In this document: one piece after another, positions 50,104-63,749 of the stretch
Layout: each line of letters begins with the position of its first letter
Position numbering within the stretch: the stretch's first letter is position 1
NCBI RefSeq assembly: GCF_028641065.1
Contig: NC_073383.1
Coordinates: 29,636,001-29,700,000, forward strand
From: Leucoraja erinacea
Taxonomy: Eukaryota
DNA length: 64,000 nt
Direction: 5' to 3'
The notes under the pieces: generated by a model
Databases searched by the model: none
What the model was told of the DNA's origin: nothing
Seen by the model: the letters and a program-made list of their open reading frames with translations, nothing else
Made by a program: the position numbers and the translations under genes

Positions 50104-50109
50104 TTAAGC

Positions 50110-50655
50110 AAATTAATAGTAAACATGTTATAGGACTTTGGTTAGGCCATATTTGGAGCATTCCACACAGTTCTGGTTGCACCATTACAGGAAGGCTGTG
50201 GAGGCTTTGGAGAGGGTGCAGATGAGGTTTAACAGAATGATGCCTGGATTAGGGGATATTAGCTACAAGAAGAGTTTGGGCAGACTTGGGTTGTTTTCTC
50301 TGGAATGCCAAAGGTCACGGAGAAATTTCATAGGCGTATATAAAATGTGAGATGCATAGTTAGGGTAGACAAACGCGACCTTTATGCCAGGATGGAAAAA
50401 TTAAACACTAGAGGCATAGTTTTAACGTGAGGGGGGAAAAGGTGAAAGAAGATGTGCAGAGCAACTTTTATTACACAGAGGGTGGTGAGTGTTGCTGCTG
50501 GGGGCGATGGTTGAGACAGATACAATAGCAGCATTTCAGAGACTTTTGGATATGGATATGCAGGGAATAGAGGGACATGAATTACATAAGGCAGATCAGA
50601 TTTAGTCTTGGCATCATGTTCGGACCAGACATTGTGTGCCGAAGGTCCTGAACAT
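50110..50655 (+). mobile_element. Old CR1 3' fragment
   Basis: VRPYLEH...LERVQMRFNRMMPG. Confidence 0.7.
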
Positions 50656-51118
50656 GTGATGTACTTTGTGTAGGAAAGAACTGCAGATACTGGTTTAAAT
50701 CAAAGGTAGACACAAAATGCTGGAGTAACTCAGCGGGACAAGCAGCATCTCTGGCAAGAAGGAATGGGTGACGTTTTGGTGCTGTACTTTTCCATGTTCT
50801 GTGCCATACCTGATCTCGGAGGCATGTTTAAAGCAGGACGCGACAATCCATGCCAAAGTCTGACATATTTGAAATCAGCACTTAATTTGGAAACATCCGG
50901 CCTTAATTCTAACCAACATCACAGGGGAATGTAAAATAAAACAGAAATTCTGGAAACACTCAGCAACTTAACTTTTCTGATCTTTTCTGTTTAATTATCA
51001 GAACTCTTTTTACAGATAATGTCTATTTAGTGATGAGATGCAAAAGTAATCTGTGAAAATTGTGTGAAATTAATGTTCTGTTTACAGTTGAGATGAACTG
51101 GCAAAGTTCCAAACTCTT

Positions 51119-52005
51119 ATTTTGCAGTATTGTGTGAAAAGTGTGCCATTGCGTGAATTTATAACTGAATATTGATTTAGTAAGTTTTAGTTAGTGCAGT
51201 TTTGTACAAGTATAGATGTAGAAATACTATTATTATATTGTTAGTTATTACAGTACTGGATAGGTCTGTTTAAAAGAGACCCATTTCACTGTTTTTCCAA
51301 CTATCTATACTTCACACTGCCTTGGGAAAGCAGCCAACATAATCAGACCTTTCCCAGCTCGGTTATTCCTTCTCCCCGCTCCCGTCAGCCGGAAAGTACA
51401 GAAGCTTGAAAGCGTGCACTGCCAGACTCAGGAACAGTTTCTTCCCCTCTGTTATTAGACTTTTGAATGGTCCTTCCATAAGCTGGGATACTGTCCAATT
51501 TACCTCTTATCTTATTGACCGACATTGAACTTTGTCTCTGGAACTGTTGCACTACAATGCTGAGAACAATATTCTGCACTCTGTATCTTTCTCTCTGCTC
51601 TACCTATTGTACTTGACTTTGATTTGATTGTACTCATTTATAGCACTATCTGGTTTGATTGGATATATTGCAAAACACAAGCTTGTTACTGCCTCGATAC
51701 ACATGACAATAATAAGCCTAAATTAGCCGTCATCCTGTGAAGAGATGTCATCTCCAGCAGATGTCTCCCTACTATGATGAGAAATGAGACCAAGAATTTA
51801 GCAAAGCTAGGATTTAGTCCTGGAACTTTGTGGTGTTGTTCCAATCAGCTGCACTGATTTTTCAATTAAGAGTTTAACTTTAAAGTTAGTGTTGCATTCA
51901 TAATTGCGACAGGTGAAGCTGAACTCCATATCTCTCTCAATTTTCTTGCAGTAGTAGTTGCATTTTACATTGAGAATGGAATTATTACAAACTTTTCATG
52001 GACAA
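51119..52005 (+). repeat. Presumed source of the inverted duplicate at 9397-10246 (includes Rex/Babar fragment ~51300-51720)
   Basis: Reverse-complement match over its whole length, including the non-TE flanks. Confidence 0.85.
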
Positions 52006-52247
52006 TATATCTAATTAAGTGTCAACTTGCTAATTCAATGAGGTAAAAAAAGATGGCTTAGGTTGAGGTATATTGTTGCCACGCGTATTGGTACAGAGAA
52101 AGGCTCTGTAAGGCATGCTTTGCAATCGGATCAGATAATACTTAAATACAACCAAGTTAAACTCAAATGCAATAGAAAGAGCAAAGGGAAAGATACAGAG
52201 CCAGGTAAAAAGACGATCTAAAAGAATGAGGTGACTGTATCAGCTGA

Positions 52248-52525
52248 TTAGTTTTGAGATACAGCACAGAAACAGGCCCTTTGTCCCACCGAGTCCATGC
52301 CAACTAGTGATCCCTGTACACTAGCACTTTCCTACACACTCGGGACAATTTACAATTTTTACCTAAATCAATTAACCTACAAATATACTTTGGAGTGTGG
52401 GAGGAAACCAGAGCACCTGGGGAAACCCCACGCAGTCATTGGGAGAACATACAAACTCCATACATTACCCGTAGTCAGGATCAAACCCGGGCAAGGCGGC
52501 AACTCTACCGCTGCCTCACCGTGCT
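52248..52525 (-). mobile_element. HE1-like SINE
   Basis: Family match within the window. Confidence 0.65.
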
Positions 52526-53170
52526 AGCTGATAGTTGACCGTGTTCTGGGACCAGCACACAAAGTCGCCTCCCCCGGTGCCATCTTACCCTGTTTCTTTT
52601 CCTCATGGTAACTTACCTGCTTCAACCAGTTGGCTTGGATTTATTAGTGAAAGTGGAAAAAAAGTCCCTTTCTGGCACTCTAAGCTGTGGGAAGTTTTAA
52701 ATAAAATGGTATGGATGATATATATTGACTTGTCTACCAAATTGGTGCGAGACAAATACAATTTACACCATAATATAAGCAGCATATACATATCATCTAC
52801 CCTGCAAAAGGTTCCTGAACAGTGTCTTTATTAGTCCCTGAATTACTATTATTTACCTAATTTAAGAATCAAGTGGCAAGAGTGTTTAATTGTCTTATGT
52901 GCCGGTAATGGAATGATTACATTCTTACATGTTGCAGCTTTACAGGTTCATACTGCCAAACACATGAATTAATATACAATTATCATTAAAACAATAAATT
53001 AAAAACCAGTAATAGAGGGTAACCAGACCATAATAGTACAAAACCAAAGTCCACTGTAGATCATAGTTGCTCAGGTAGTGGTTAGTATGTAGTGTTAAAG
53101 AGCCTTATGTTTGCTAGGGCCACTCTGTTCTTGAACCTGGTGGTCATGGTTCTCAGGCTCCTGAGCCTTC

Positions 53171-53456
53171 TGGCGCAGTGGTACAGTTGCTGCCTTACTG
53201 CGCCAGAGACCCGAGGTTGATCCTGACCTCGAGTGCTGTCTGTATACAGTTTGTACATTCTCCCTGTGACTGCGTAATTTTTCTCGGGGTGCTCCGCTTT
53301 CGTCCCTCATTCCAAAGAGGTACAGGTTCGTAGGTTAATTGGCTTCTGTAAATTGTCCCTAATGCGTTGCATAGAATAAGTGTACGGGTGATCTTTAGTC
53401 AATGCGGACTCGGTGGGTTGAAGGGCCTGTTTCCACGCTGTATCATTAAACTAATT
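53171..53456 (+). mobile_element. HE1-like SINE
   Basis: TGGCGCAGTGG A-box, GGTTGATCC B-box-like motif, GAAGGGCCTGTTTCC tail. Confidence 0.7.
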
Positions 53457-53627
53457 TAATCTTTCATTCAGTTTTTTTCAAGAAGATGAAGAGCACATAA
53501 GGAATGTAATGAAGAAATACTTTATTTGATTGGAAAAACGTAATTCTGAGCAGCTGTATTGTGCATGCTATTGTCTGTGATATTTTTCAGAACAATTAAT
53601 AATTTGGTATCATCTTTTGTCAAACAG

Positions 53628-54198
53628 GGTCCAATGAATGTCGCTGTTACCACAAATAGGGCAATGAGGAGGGTTAGCTCAGTCCCATCCAGAACACAGT
53701 CACCATCGTACGGTACAGGAGTGTCACCTTCAAGGGGGTCTCTGAGAACTTCGCTCGGGAGTGCTTGTGGCTCGCCGGTATTAACGGAACCTCGGTCCAA
53801 TAATTCGACAGTGTACTTGTCCTCCACGTTGCCAGCTCAAAGAGCAGGTTCGCCACGTACTGCCCAGCGATCAACGTCACCAGCCACCATCAGACGAATT
53901 GGTTCAGTTACAAGACAGCTCACTAATTCCAGCAGGGCAACCTCTCCGTATCAGACTTTGGGATCTTCTCTGAGAATGGGTTCACCCCTCGCCTTAACAG
54001 CCGTACAGACGAGAGTAAACACTTCACCCCAAGGTCAAACCGGATCACCATCTCCAGCAAGGTCCACAATGACTGCTGTCCCCCAACGAATGGTGGCACC
54101 GCTGCAAAGGTCTCATGCCATAGACGGTGATTTTTATTGTCTACAGTCACCTGAAATCTATGAGCGGATGGTTCCAACGCGGCCAGACAGCCTTGCAG
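53628..54198 (+). CDS. PKP4: Plakophilin-4 571-nt Ser/Pro-rich exon
   Basis: caaacAG|GGT...GCAG|GTctg; phase 0 to 1; NRAMRRVSSVPSRTQSPSY...GVSPSRGSLRTSLGS...IYERMVPTRPDSLA. Confidence 0.95.
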
Positions 54199-54415
54199 GT
54201 CTGTTTTTATGAAAGGAATCACAAACGCAACATCAATTCAGGCAAAAGGTTATTTTGATGGTTAAATGATGTGTCACCTGAAGTCCCTCTCCAAGCACTA
54301 ACAAAAGAATTTAAGGTGAACCAAAATAAATATACCCCAGTAGCTGTTGCTCTTCAGTCATCAATGGGTTTCCATTTCATAATAGGTCTGACTTGCCTGG
54401 GTTTATCTTCTCTGT

Positions 54416-54722
54416 GGGGCAGCACAGTGGCGGTCGAGTTGCTGCCTCACAGCGTCAGTGACCCGGGTTTGATCCTGACTACAGGTGCATTTTAATTTTA
54501 TATGGAGTTTGTACGCACTCCCTGTGACTACGTGGGTTTTCTCCGGATGCTCCAGTTTCCGCCCACACTCCAAACAGGTACAGGTTTGCAGGTTAATTGG
54601 CTTCTGTAAATTATAAATTCTCCCTAGTGTGTCGGATAGTGATAGTGTACGGGGTGATTACTGGTGGGTGCGGATGTGGTGGGCTGCGGGCCTGTTTCCA
54701 TGCTATATCACTGAAGTCTAAA
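54416..54722 (+). mobile_element. HE1-like SINE
   Basis: GGGGCAGCACAGTGGCG head, GGTTTGATCC B-box, GGGCCTGTTTCC tail. Confidence 0.7.
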
Positions 54723-55559
54723 GTTCTCATTACCTCCTATCTCTTCCAAGCTGCAGACATCCCAGCCAATGGATCAGCCTACCAATCTGAGCTGTCATTC
54801 AGTAGGTTTGGGACATATGCAGTGGTGGAAGTTCTGGACTAATTGCATGTGGCATTACCGTAATTCTACCATCAAATGCCTGTTCATGTAGAGTCAGCAT
54901 TTATCAGTAAGATTGGGCAACATGGTTTAGTCTATTTGTTTTCCACTAAATTAACAGTGTTTCAACAAATATTCTAATTAGCACCTCAACAAAATAGCAT
55001 TATATTTTTCCTGTGGAAATAATACAAAACACAAAGGAAAAACTTTATTAAATGACACCGACTTTTTCGTCTTCACCTTTTGATTGTCTAGTTCCCGTTA
55101 AGGACCATATCTCCTAGATTTGGTTTGGTGGATTTTTTTATAGGGAATATGAATTTCATGGGGTGAGAGATTTAAACATTTTAAAAATCGTTTTTTCAAG
55201 TTTTTTAATTGCTTAAACAATTTACTTTTGGGAAGGGGAGTTTAGGGGAGGGAGACCAAGCTATACATTTATTAGATATTGTGAGTTATTTTTCTCACAC
55301 CCATTTGGAATATGCTTCTTTCTTTTAACACATCCTCAAATTTCCTTCCTACTGTCATAATTTTAATTTATTTTGTTTTAAGTTGCATTTTAGTTTTAGA
55401 GATACAGCATGGAAACAGGCACTCTGGCCCACCGAGTCGGCGTCGACCAACGATCACCCATGTACTAGTTCTATTCTAAACACTAGGGACAATTGACGGT
55501 GATTACAGAACCCAATTAACCTACAAACCTGTATGTCTTTGGGATGTGGGAGGAAACCT

Positions 55560-57880
55560 GAAATGGCAGGTTTGGTGAACAGGTAGTTTGGATCCGTCTT
55601 CACTAAGAAGGACATAAACAATCTCCCTGATGTACTAGTGGCCATAGGATCTGGGATAACTGAGGAACTGAAGGAAATCCACATTAGGCAGGAAATGGTT
55701 TTGGGTAGACTGATGGAACTGAAGGCTGATAAATCCCTAGGGCCTGATGATCTGTATCCCGGGGAACTTAAGGAAGTGGCTCTAGAAATCGTGGACGCAT
55801 TGGTGATCATATTCCAATGTTCTATAGATTCAGGATCAGTTCCTGTGGATTGGAGGGTAGCTGATGTTATCCCACTTTTTAAGAAAGGCGGGAGAGAGAA
55901 AACAGGGAATTATAGACCAGTTAGCCTGACATCGGTGGTGGGGAAGTTGCTGGAGTCAATCATAAAAGATGAAATAGTGGCATATTTGCATAGCAGTAAC
56001 AGGATCGGTCCGAGTCGGCATAGATTTACGAAGGGGAAATCATGCTGACTTGGACCTTCTGGAATTTTTTGAGGATGTAACTAGGAAAATGGACATGGGA
56101 GAGCCAGTGGATGTAGTGTACCTGGACTTTCAGAAAGCATTTGATAAAGTCCCACATAGGAGATTAGTGGGCAAAATTATGGCACATGGTATTGGGGGAG
56201 AGTGCTGACATGGAGAGAAAATTGGTTGGCAGACAGGAAACCAAGAGTAGGGTTCCTTTCAGAATGGCAGGCATTGACTAGTGGGGTACCGCAAGGCTCG
56301 GTGCTGGGACCGCAGCTATTTATAATATATATATTAACCATATAACAATTACAGCACGGAAACAGGCCATCTCGGCCCTACAAGTCCATGCCGACACAAC
56401 TTATTTTCCCTTAGTCCCACCTGCCTGCACTCATACCATAACCCTCCATTCCCTTCTCATCCATATGCCTATCCAATTTATTTTTAAATGATACCAACGA
56501 ACCTGCCTCCACCACTTCCACTAGAAGCTCATTCCACACCACTACCACTCTCTGAGTAAAGAAGTTCCCCCTCATGTTACCCCTAAACTTCTGTCCCTTA
56601 ATTCTGAAGTCATGTCCTCTTGTTTGAATCTTCCCAATTCTCAAAGGGAAAAGCTTTTCCACATCAACTCTGTCTATCCCTCTCATCATTTTAAAGACTT
56701 CTATCAAGTCCCCCCTTAACCTTCTGCGCTCCAGAGAATAAAGACCTAACTTATTCAACCTATCTCTGTAACTTAGTTGTTGAAACCCAGGCAACATTCT
56801 AGTAAATCTCCTCTGTACTCTCTCTATTTTGTTGACATCCTTCCTATAATTGGGCGACCAAAATTGTACACCATACTCCAGATTTGGTCTCACCAATGCC
56901 TTGTACAATTTTAACATTACATCCCAGCTTCTATACTCAATATATTAATGATTTAGATGAAGGGGTTACGTAACATTAGCACATTTGCAGATGACACAAA
57001 GCTGGGTGGCAGTGTGAACTGTGAGGAGGATGCTATGAGAATGCAGGGTGACTTGGAATAGTTGGGTGAGTGTGCAAATGCATGGTAGATGAAGATTAAT
57101 GGGTAAATGTGAGGTTACCCACTTTGGTAGCAAAAACAGGAAGGAAGATTATTATCTAAATGGTGTCAAGTTGGGAAAAGGGGGAAGGAAGTACAACGGG
57201 ATCTGGAGATCCTTGTTCATTCGTCAATGAAAGTAAGCATGCAGGTACAGCAGGCAGTGAAGAAAGCGAATGGCATGTTGGCCTTCATAACAAGAGGAGT
57301 TGATTATAGGAGCAAAGAGATCCTTCTGCAGTTATACAGGGGCCTGGTGAGCCCGCACCTGGAGTATTGTGTGCAGTTTTGGTCTCCAAATTTGAGAAAG
57401 GACATTCTTGCTATTGAGGGAGTGCAGCGTAGGTTCACAAGGTTAATTCCTGGGATGGCGGGACTGTCATATGCTGAGAGAATGGAGCAGCTGGGCTTGT
57501 ATACTCTGGAATTTAGAAGGATGAGATGGAATCTTATATATGAGAGGCAGGAAACATGTTCCCGATGTTGGGGGAGTCCAGAACCAGGGGCCACAGTTTA
57601 AGAATAAGAGGTAGACCATTTAGAACGGAGATGACGAAAAACTTTATCACACAGAGAGTTGTTAGTTTGTGGAATTCTCTGCCTCAGAGGGCGGTGGAGG
57701 CCGGTTCTCTGGATACTTTCAAGAGAGAGCTAGATAGAGGTCTTAAAGATAGCAGAGTCAGGGGATATGGGGAGAAGGCAGAAATGGGGTACTGATTGTG
57801 GATGATCAGCCATGATTACATTGAATGGCGATGCTGGCTCGAAGGGCCGAATAGCCTACTCCTGCATCTATTGTCTATTG
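55560..57880 (+). mobile_element. 5'-truncated CR1 LINE inserted in a SINE (55390-55560 plus 57881-57996, minus strand)
   Basis: Closely similar to 14650-16360; RT motifs; the SINE halves continue across it. Confidence 0.9.
56338..56939 (-). mobile_element. Young CR1 3' fragment of a different subfamily nested in the CR1 above
   Basis: Uninterrupted 168-aa ORF end; 9-bp direct repeat ATATATTAA at 56329-56337 and 56940-56948. Confidence 0.85.
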
Positions 57881-58524
57881 TCACCCAGAGATAATCCACG
57901 CAAACACAGGGAGAATGTGCAAACTCTGTACAGATTGCACCGATAGACGGGATCGAACCCGGATCTCTAGTGCTGCAGGGCAGCAACTCTGCCACAAGTA
58001 GCATGTTGAAAAAAATATTATGGGACTAAAACAGTTCAGGAGTATTTCCGTGTGGTTTCTATGGTAACAAGATTTGTTAATCGGCACACATCATCTCAAA
58101 CCGTTCCTGAATGATTCACTTCTGCATCCATAACCATACCAAATCAATGCACAAGTAATAAGCAATTTCTATAGAATGCTGTTGTGCTGATTAGTCATAT
58201 TCCTCTGGTGTGTTTTTGCTGCATTTTTAATTCATCCTCGGGAATATTTTAATTTCAAAGATTAGATCAAAAGAAAATTAAAATGCACCGGAAGATATGT
58301 TTGCAGAGACAATGCCAAAGAAAAAAATAAGAGGGTTGAGAAGTGGATGGTGCGTTAAAGGAATTTATTTTACAAAAAAAGTTGCACAGAATAATAAAGC
58401 AAGGAAGAAAAATGAATTCCAGAGGTGGCATATGAGAAATGCTCTGATGAAAGAGGACAATTTTTATTGATTAGCATCAAGCTCCTGCAAGAGTTAAAAA
58501 ATTGCAAATTGTGTCATTATAGAA

Positions 58525-59040
58525 CATAGAACAACACAGCACTGGAAAATACCTTCTTGCCCACAATGTCTGTGCCAAACATGATGCCAGGTTAAACTTA
58601 TCTCTTCACTCCATAGCCCTCCATTCCCTGCATATGCATGCACCTATCAAAGAGACTCTTAAATGTCGCTATAATTTCTGTCTCCTCCACCACACTTGGC
58701 AGCTCGTTTCAGGCACCTGCCATTTTGCAAAAAAAACTTGCCTCTCGCATCTGCTCTATTTTCCCCTACTCACCTTAAAGCTATGCCCTCCAGCCTTTGA
58801 CATTTCCACCCAGGGGAAAAAGGGTTCTGACTGTCTACTCTAATTATAGCTCTCATAATTTTATATACTTTACCAGATCTCCTCTCAACCTCCATGTTCC
58901 AGTGAAAACAATTCAAGTCTGTCCAACCACACCTTATAGCTATTACTCTTTAAACCAGACAATATTCTTTTAAACCTCTTCTTCACCCTCTCCAAAGCCG
59001 CCACATCTTTCCTGTAATGAAGCAACCGGAATAGCACATA
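58525..59040 (-). mobile_element. Old CR1 3' fragment
   Basis: AGAACATAGAAC tail and degenerate CR1 ORF2 end. Confidence 0.6.
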
Positions 59041-59269
59041 GTTCTAATTATAGTTAAAATAACAGTTTATAATTATCTTATAATTAAATCTAGCACTTGT
59101 AAATTGGAAGGACAGCATACTTTTTTTAATTTTATCTTTAACATCAAGACTGAACAGAGGAGAAAGGAGTGTTTAACAAGCTTTTGAATGAATTGGAGAA
59201 AAGTCTGAAAGCTTTACTGAGGAGACTTTGTTTAGAAAGTTTTCTAAAAGTTAAGCATGGGCAGATGTT

Positions 59270-60000
59270 TAGTTTAGTTTATTGGTGTCATGTGTACTGA
59301 GGTACAGTGGAAAGCTTTTGTTTTCATGCAATCCAGTCATAGAAAAGACTACACATGAAGACTATCAAGCCGTCCACAGTGCACAGGTGAAGTATAAAGA
59401 GTACAACATTCAATGCAAGATATAACATTGAAGTCAAATAAAGTGCAATCAAACATAGTTCAAAGGTCTCCAAGGAGGTGGATGGGAGCTCAGGACCACA
59501 CTCTAGCTGATGAAAGAACCGTTCAGTCGCCTGATGACAGCTGGGAAGAAACTGTCCCTGAATCTGGAGGTATATGTTTTCACATTTCCGTACCTCTTGC
59601 CTGATGGGAGAGGGGAGAAGAGGGATTGACCGGGATGAGACTGGCCCCTGATTATGCTAGCAGCCTTGCTGAGGTAGCATGAAGTATAGATGAAGGCAAT
59701 GGAAGGGAGACTTGTTTGTGTGTTGATGTAAGCTACATCCACAACTGCAATTTCTTGTGGTCTTGAATGGAGCTGTTCCCAAACAAGGCTGCGATGCATC
59801 CCAATAATGCTTTTATATTGCATATCTGTAGACGTTAGTGAGAGTTGTTGGGGATATGCCAAACTTCCTAAGCCTTCTAAAGAATGACTTTGCTTTGATG
59901 TGCTTTCTTGGCCAAAGGTTCCAAGTGGCTAGTCCAGGACAAGCTGCTAGTGATATTTATTCCGAGGAACTTCAAGCTTTCAACCATCTCTACTTCTGCA
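59270..60000 (-). mobile_element. Rex1/Babar-like LINE 3' fragment
   Basis: HPGQSLFSPLPSGKRY...SRFRDSFFPAVIRRLN. Confidence 0.7.
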
Positions 60001-61344
60001 ACATCAATATATGCTGTGACACAAAATACTGGAGTAACTCAGCGACCTGAAACATCACCCTTTTCTTCTCTCCAGAGATGCTGCTGTCCCACTGAGTTAC
60101 TCCAGCAATTTGTGTCTATCTTTGATGTAAACCAGCATCTGCAGTTCTGGGATGTATGTGCTGCTTTGCTTCCTGAAGTCACTCACAATCTTGCTGACAT
60201 TCAACCTCTTCTGCAGAATTAAAATTGTGTGCTGCCGCTGATTCTTTTAATCCTATTTTGTTTGGGTCACCGAACAGCTTTTGAGAGAGCTTTTAAACAG
60301 TGGGTTGTGGACAGAATTGTTGTAGGTGTGGGAGTCAAGATCCATATACTCTTCCAGCACAATACCTTAATCAGTCCTCTTGTCACTCAAGACCAACATT
60401 TTCTTTAACTAAAGTGCCTTTAACTAAATTAGTCCTTGTTATCTAGTCAAATTAATTGTGCATAATTTGCTTTGATTTTGTTTCTGAATTTCCCCACCAT
60501 TACCTGAAGGACATAGTTATCTATTTTACATTGAGAAAGGGTTATAACATTGCAACTTACAACTCTCTGGAGCAGTAAACAATTCATTTTCACTCTTGGG
60601 AAAAATGCACTGCTTCCCCTTCCCACCGCACATCGACAATATGTTGGTCTGCTTCTTCAGAGGAGATGAGACTGGGGATTCCCTAGATGGTTTGAAGCTC
60701 AAATCCTGGGACAGATATTGATGATTTTGTGAATATTTAAATAAATTATCTCAATACTATGAAGCCCACATTTGCAACACGCAATATTCCACCAGATTCC
60801 CATTGCCTCAGAGGCCTTCCCGAGGTGTGGAAACCAGCACAGAGGACCCGAAGGCTTGGCGGACCATGGTAATGGGAGGGAGCTGGAGATGTTGGATGAA
60901 AGGAGCAAGGGACGGTAGGAGGGTGAATTGGGGTAATGCCTCCAGCGCCTTCAAGCTCGGCTGCAGGAGGCGCCCCTGGGGCACAAAGATGGCTGAGCGA
61001 GGAGAGAAATGTTGGTTTGCGGGCCGATTCGGTCAAAGTGTGGCCTGCAGGAGTCGGGTGTATCTGGATCGGGAACCACTACAGTAGACTGGGCGTGTGG
61101 ACAAACCGGACTGTGGAAATGGCCCCAAAATGTGGTGGCGCCTGCATGTGCAAATATGCATGAAGAATTTCACTGCAGTTGCACGTGTGACAAATAAAGC
61201 ACCATTGAACCTTTTGATATGGTGTGAAAATGGCAGGTAGTTGTCATTTCTACAAGTGTTATCATAGGCAAATGTAATTCTACAAGAAGATTGGTGTGGT
61301 TGAGGGAAACTACGTTTGTTCCCTCTGTGTGTTTGTTTTATAAC

Positions 61345-61628
61345 TGGCATAGCTGGTAGAGTGCCTCAGTGCCAGAAACGTGGGTTCTGGGTGCTATCTG
61401 GAGTTTGCATGTCCTCCCTGTAACCACGTGGGTTTCTTCTGGGTGCTCCGCTTTTCTCCCACATCCCACAAATATGGCTTCTGTATATTGGCTTCTGTAT
61501 ATTGCCTCTAGAGTGTAGAGAGTGGATGACAACGTTGGTTAACATAGGTCTAATGTGAACCGGTGATCGATGGTCAGCCTTTATTCAGAGGGCCTCTTTC
61601 TACGCTGTATCTCTTAGATATACTAAAC
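61345..61628 (+). mobile_element. Degenerate HE1-like SINE
   Basis: Family match within the window. Confidence 0.55.
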
Positions 61629-61643
61629 AAATTGCAGACAAAT

Positions 61644-62568
61644 AGATGGCGGCGCTGCCATAGCAGCTGCAGTTCGTCTGGTTTTTTTTCTTTTTTTTTG
61701 TTGTTCTTTTGTCCTGTTTTAGTTAATTTTTGATTTATTAGGTTGTGTATGTGTGTGGGTGGGGGGGAGAAACATGTTTTTGATCTCTTCCTTCGGGGGG
61801 ATGCGACTCCTCTTGTCGTATTCCCCGTCTCCGCCTGCGCCGAGGCCTAATAGCGGAGCTGGCGGCCTCGGAGCTGGGGCAGCGGTCCGACTCTGGAGCT
61901 GTGGTGTTCTGACGGCAGTGGCGACCCGGCCTCGGAGCTGGGGCAGCAGCAGCGGCGACCTGGAGCTGTGGTGTTCTGACGGCAGTGGCGACCCGGCCTC
62001 GGAGCTGGGGGCAGCAGCGACCCGGCCTGGCAGCAGGAGCTGCTGGGGCAGTGGCAGCAGCGACCCGGCCTCGGAGCTGGAGCAGTGTTCCGGCGGCAGT
62101 GGCCACCCGACTCGACCGCGGGCCCAGTGGACGACATCGTCGGGAGCTCGCTGGTCACAAGTTGGTGACCTGTTCTCCGGAGCTCCCGCAACAACAGCTG
62201 CGTCCGCTGGACTGGAGGGCGGCAGCTTTGGAAGCTTTGACCAGCCCGGCCTGCGGAGTTGAACCGGCCCGTTCGCGGAGCTTGGATTCAGCCGCGGGAT
62301 TGACATTACTTACCATCGCCCGGCGGGGTCACAACATCTGAAGCCTGGATCGCCTCGGCGCAGACGGAGAATAAGAAGGGATGAGACAAAGACTTAAGAC
62401 TTTTGCCTTCCATCACAGTGAAGAGGTGCCTGGTGAACTCACTGTGGTGGATGTTAATTTGTGTTTATTGTGTGGTTTTGTCATTTTTACTATATGTAGG
62501 ACTGCAAGGCAACAACATTTTGTTCAGACCGCAAGGTCTGAATGACAATAAAGGCTACTTTGACTTTG
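61644..62568 (+). mobile_element. Non-autonomous GC-rich retroelement with an internal ~67-bp tandem repeat
   Basis: Starts AGATGGCGGCG; TGGAGCTGTGGTGTTCTGACGGCAGTGGCGACCCGGCCTCGGAGCTGGGG at 61894 and 61961; hairpin, TGACAATAAA and CTTTGA tail. Confidence 0.7.
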
Positions 62569-62916
62569 TACACCTTTTAGGACACTATCTTCATCAAAGA
62601 AATAGGCCATATGACTCAAATAGTCAATACCAACTCACTTTCTCCACACGTCTCTTTCCATCCGTCTATATCTCAGTTTTCCATTCCTTTATGTCTTGAG
62701 TCTAACTTTCCCTTGAATTAGTCGGTGCTGTTGGCCTCAGCTAAACACTTGGTATTTATTCATTCTATATTCTGCTGAATTCCATTAGGGATTTATTGGT
62801 GACGAGAGACTCTTGTATGACTGTGACTCAATGAGAATTAGACTGTGTGTAATCATCTGTGTATACCAAATGAAATCTGCTTTAACAGGCCAACCATGGA
62901 TTCTGTTTTGTTTTAG

Positions 62917-63108
62917 GATTACGTAGTTCATACGCCAGTCAACATAGTCAACTGGGAAATGAAATGCGTTCAGCCATGTCGCCTGATTTACATATAACTC
63001 CTATCTACGAGGGAAGAACACTTCAAAGTCCCGTGTTTTGCAGCCCCAGCCATGCAGGCGTGGAGCTTCATCACGGCACGCAAACTGCAGTATTTCGGGC
63101 AGCATCAG
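62917..63108 (+). CDS. PKP4: Plakophilin-4 192-nt exon
   Basis: ttttgttttAG|GATTA...TCAG|GTaaag; phase 1 to 1; GLRSSYASQHSQLGNEMRSAMSPDLHITPIYEGRT. Confidence 0.95.
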
Positions 63109-63749
63109 GTAAAGATTGTTTCTCTTCCTCTTAAGATCAAGATTGAGATAGGCTACTGAAGAAAATAATTCTAATCCAAATAAAGAGCCTGTTGTTTGAA
63201 TGTGTTTACGCTTGGAAGAAGATGCATAATATGGAACGTCAGAACAGGCTTGGGAGGGGTAGGCAGTCCATCTCGAATCTATGATCTTGTATTCATATGT
63301 ATTCTATCTCTTCACCAATGTATTAAAGTAACTGCTGGTAGTTAAAATTAACAAATTAGTGCTAGAATTGTTGTTTTAGCCGGGGTCATTAAAATAAACC
63401 TCTATTTGTTATTCATGTTTTTAGTATTTTTGTATTAGTTTGAACTCCTTTGTAAGGAAAGACGATTAGTATTGTCACTTCTTGAACCAGTTAGAATGTG
63501 ATAACAAGGAACTGCGGGTGTTCGTTTATTCAAAAGGTAGACACAAGTCAAGTCAAGTTTATTTGTCACATACACATACACATACACCTACAGATGTGCA
63601 GTGAAATGAAGTGCTGGAGTAATTCAGCGGGTAAGGCAGCATCATTGGAGAACATGGATGGGCATTTATTTGGTTCAGAACCTTTCTTCAGACTGATTGT
63701 AGGAGAACGGGAAAGGAAGCTTGAAAAAAGGAGGGGAGGGGCAACACTT

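Noticed and set aside
53559-54212. 217-aa ORF as a standalone gene, or an acceptor at 53590
   Set aside because: It is a PKP4 exon plus intronic read-through; the AG at 53589-53590 is 37 nt upstream of the used acceptor and out of frame
61719-62341. Overlapping ORFs and a CRISPR-like repeat pattern
   Set aside because: GC-rich tandem repeat inside a retroelement; no unique spacers, no cas genes, eukaryotic context
27570-63108. CTNND2 (delta-catenin) or ARVCF as the host gene
   Set aside because: The coiled-coil exon is shared across the family, but STEKSFxWR, NSRSSTQMNSYSDSGYQ, NRAMRRVSSVPSR and GLRSSYASQHSQLG...PDLHITPIYEGRT are PKP4-type sequences
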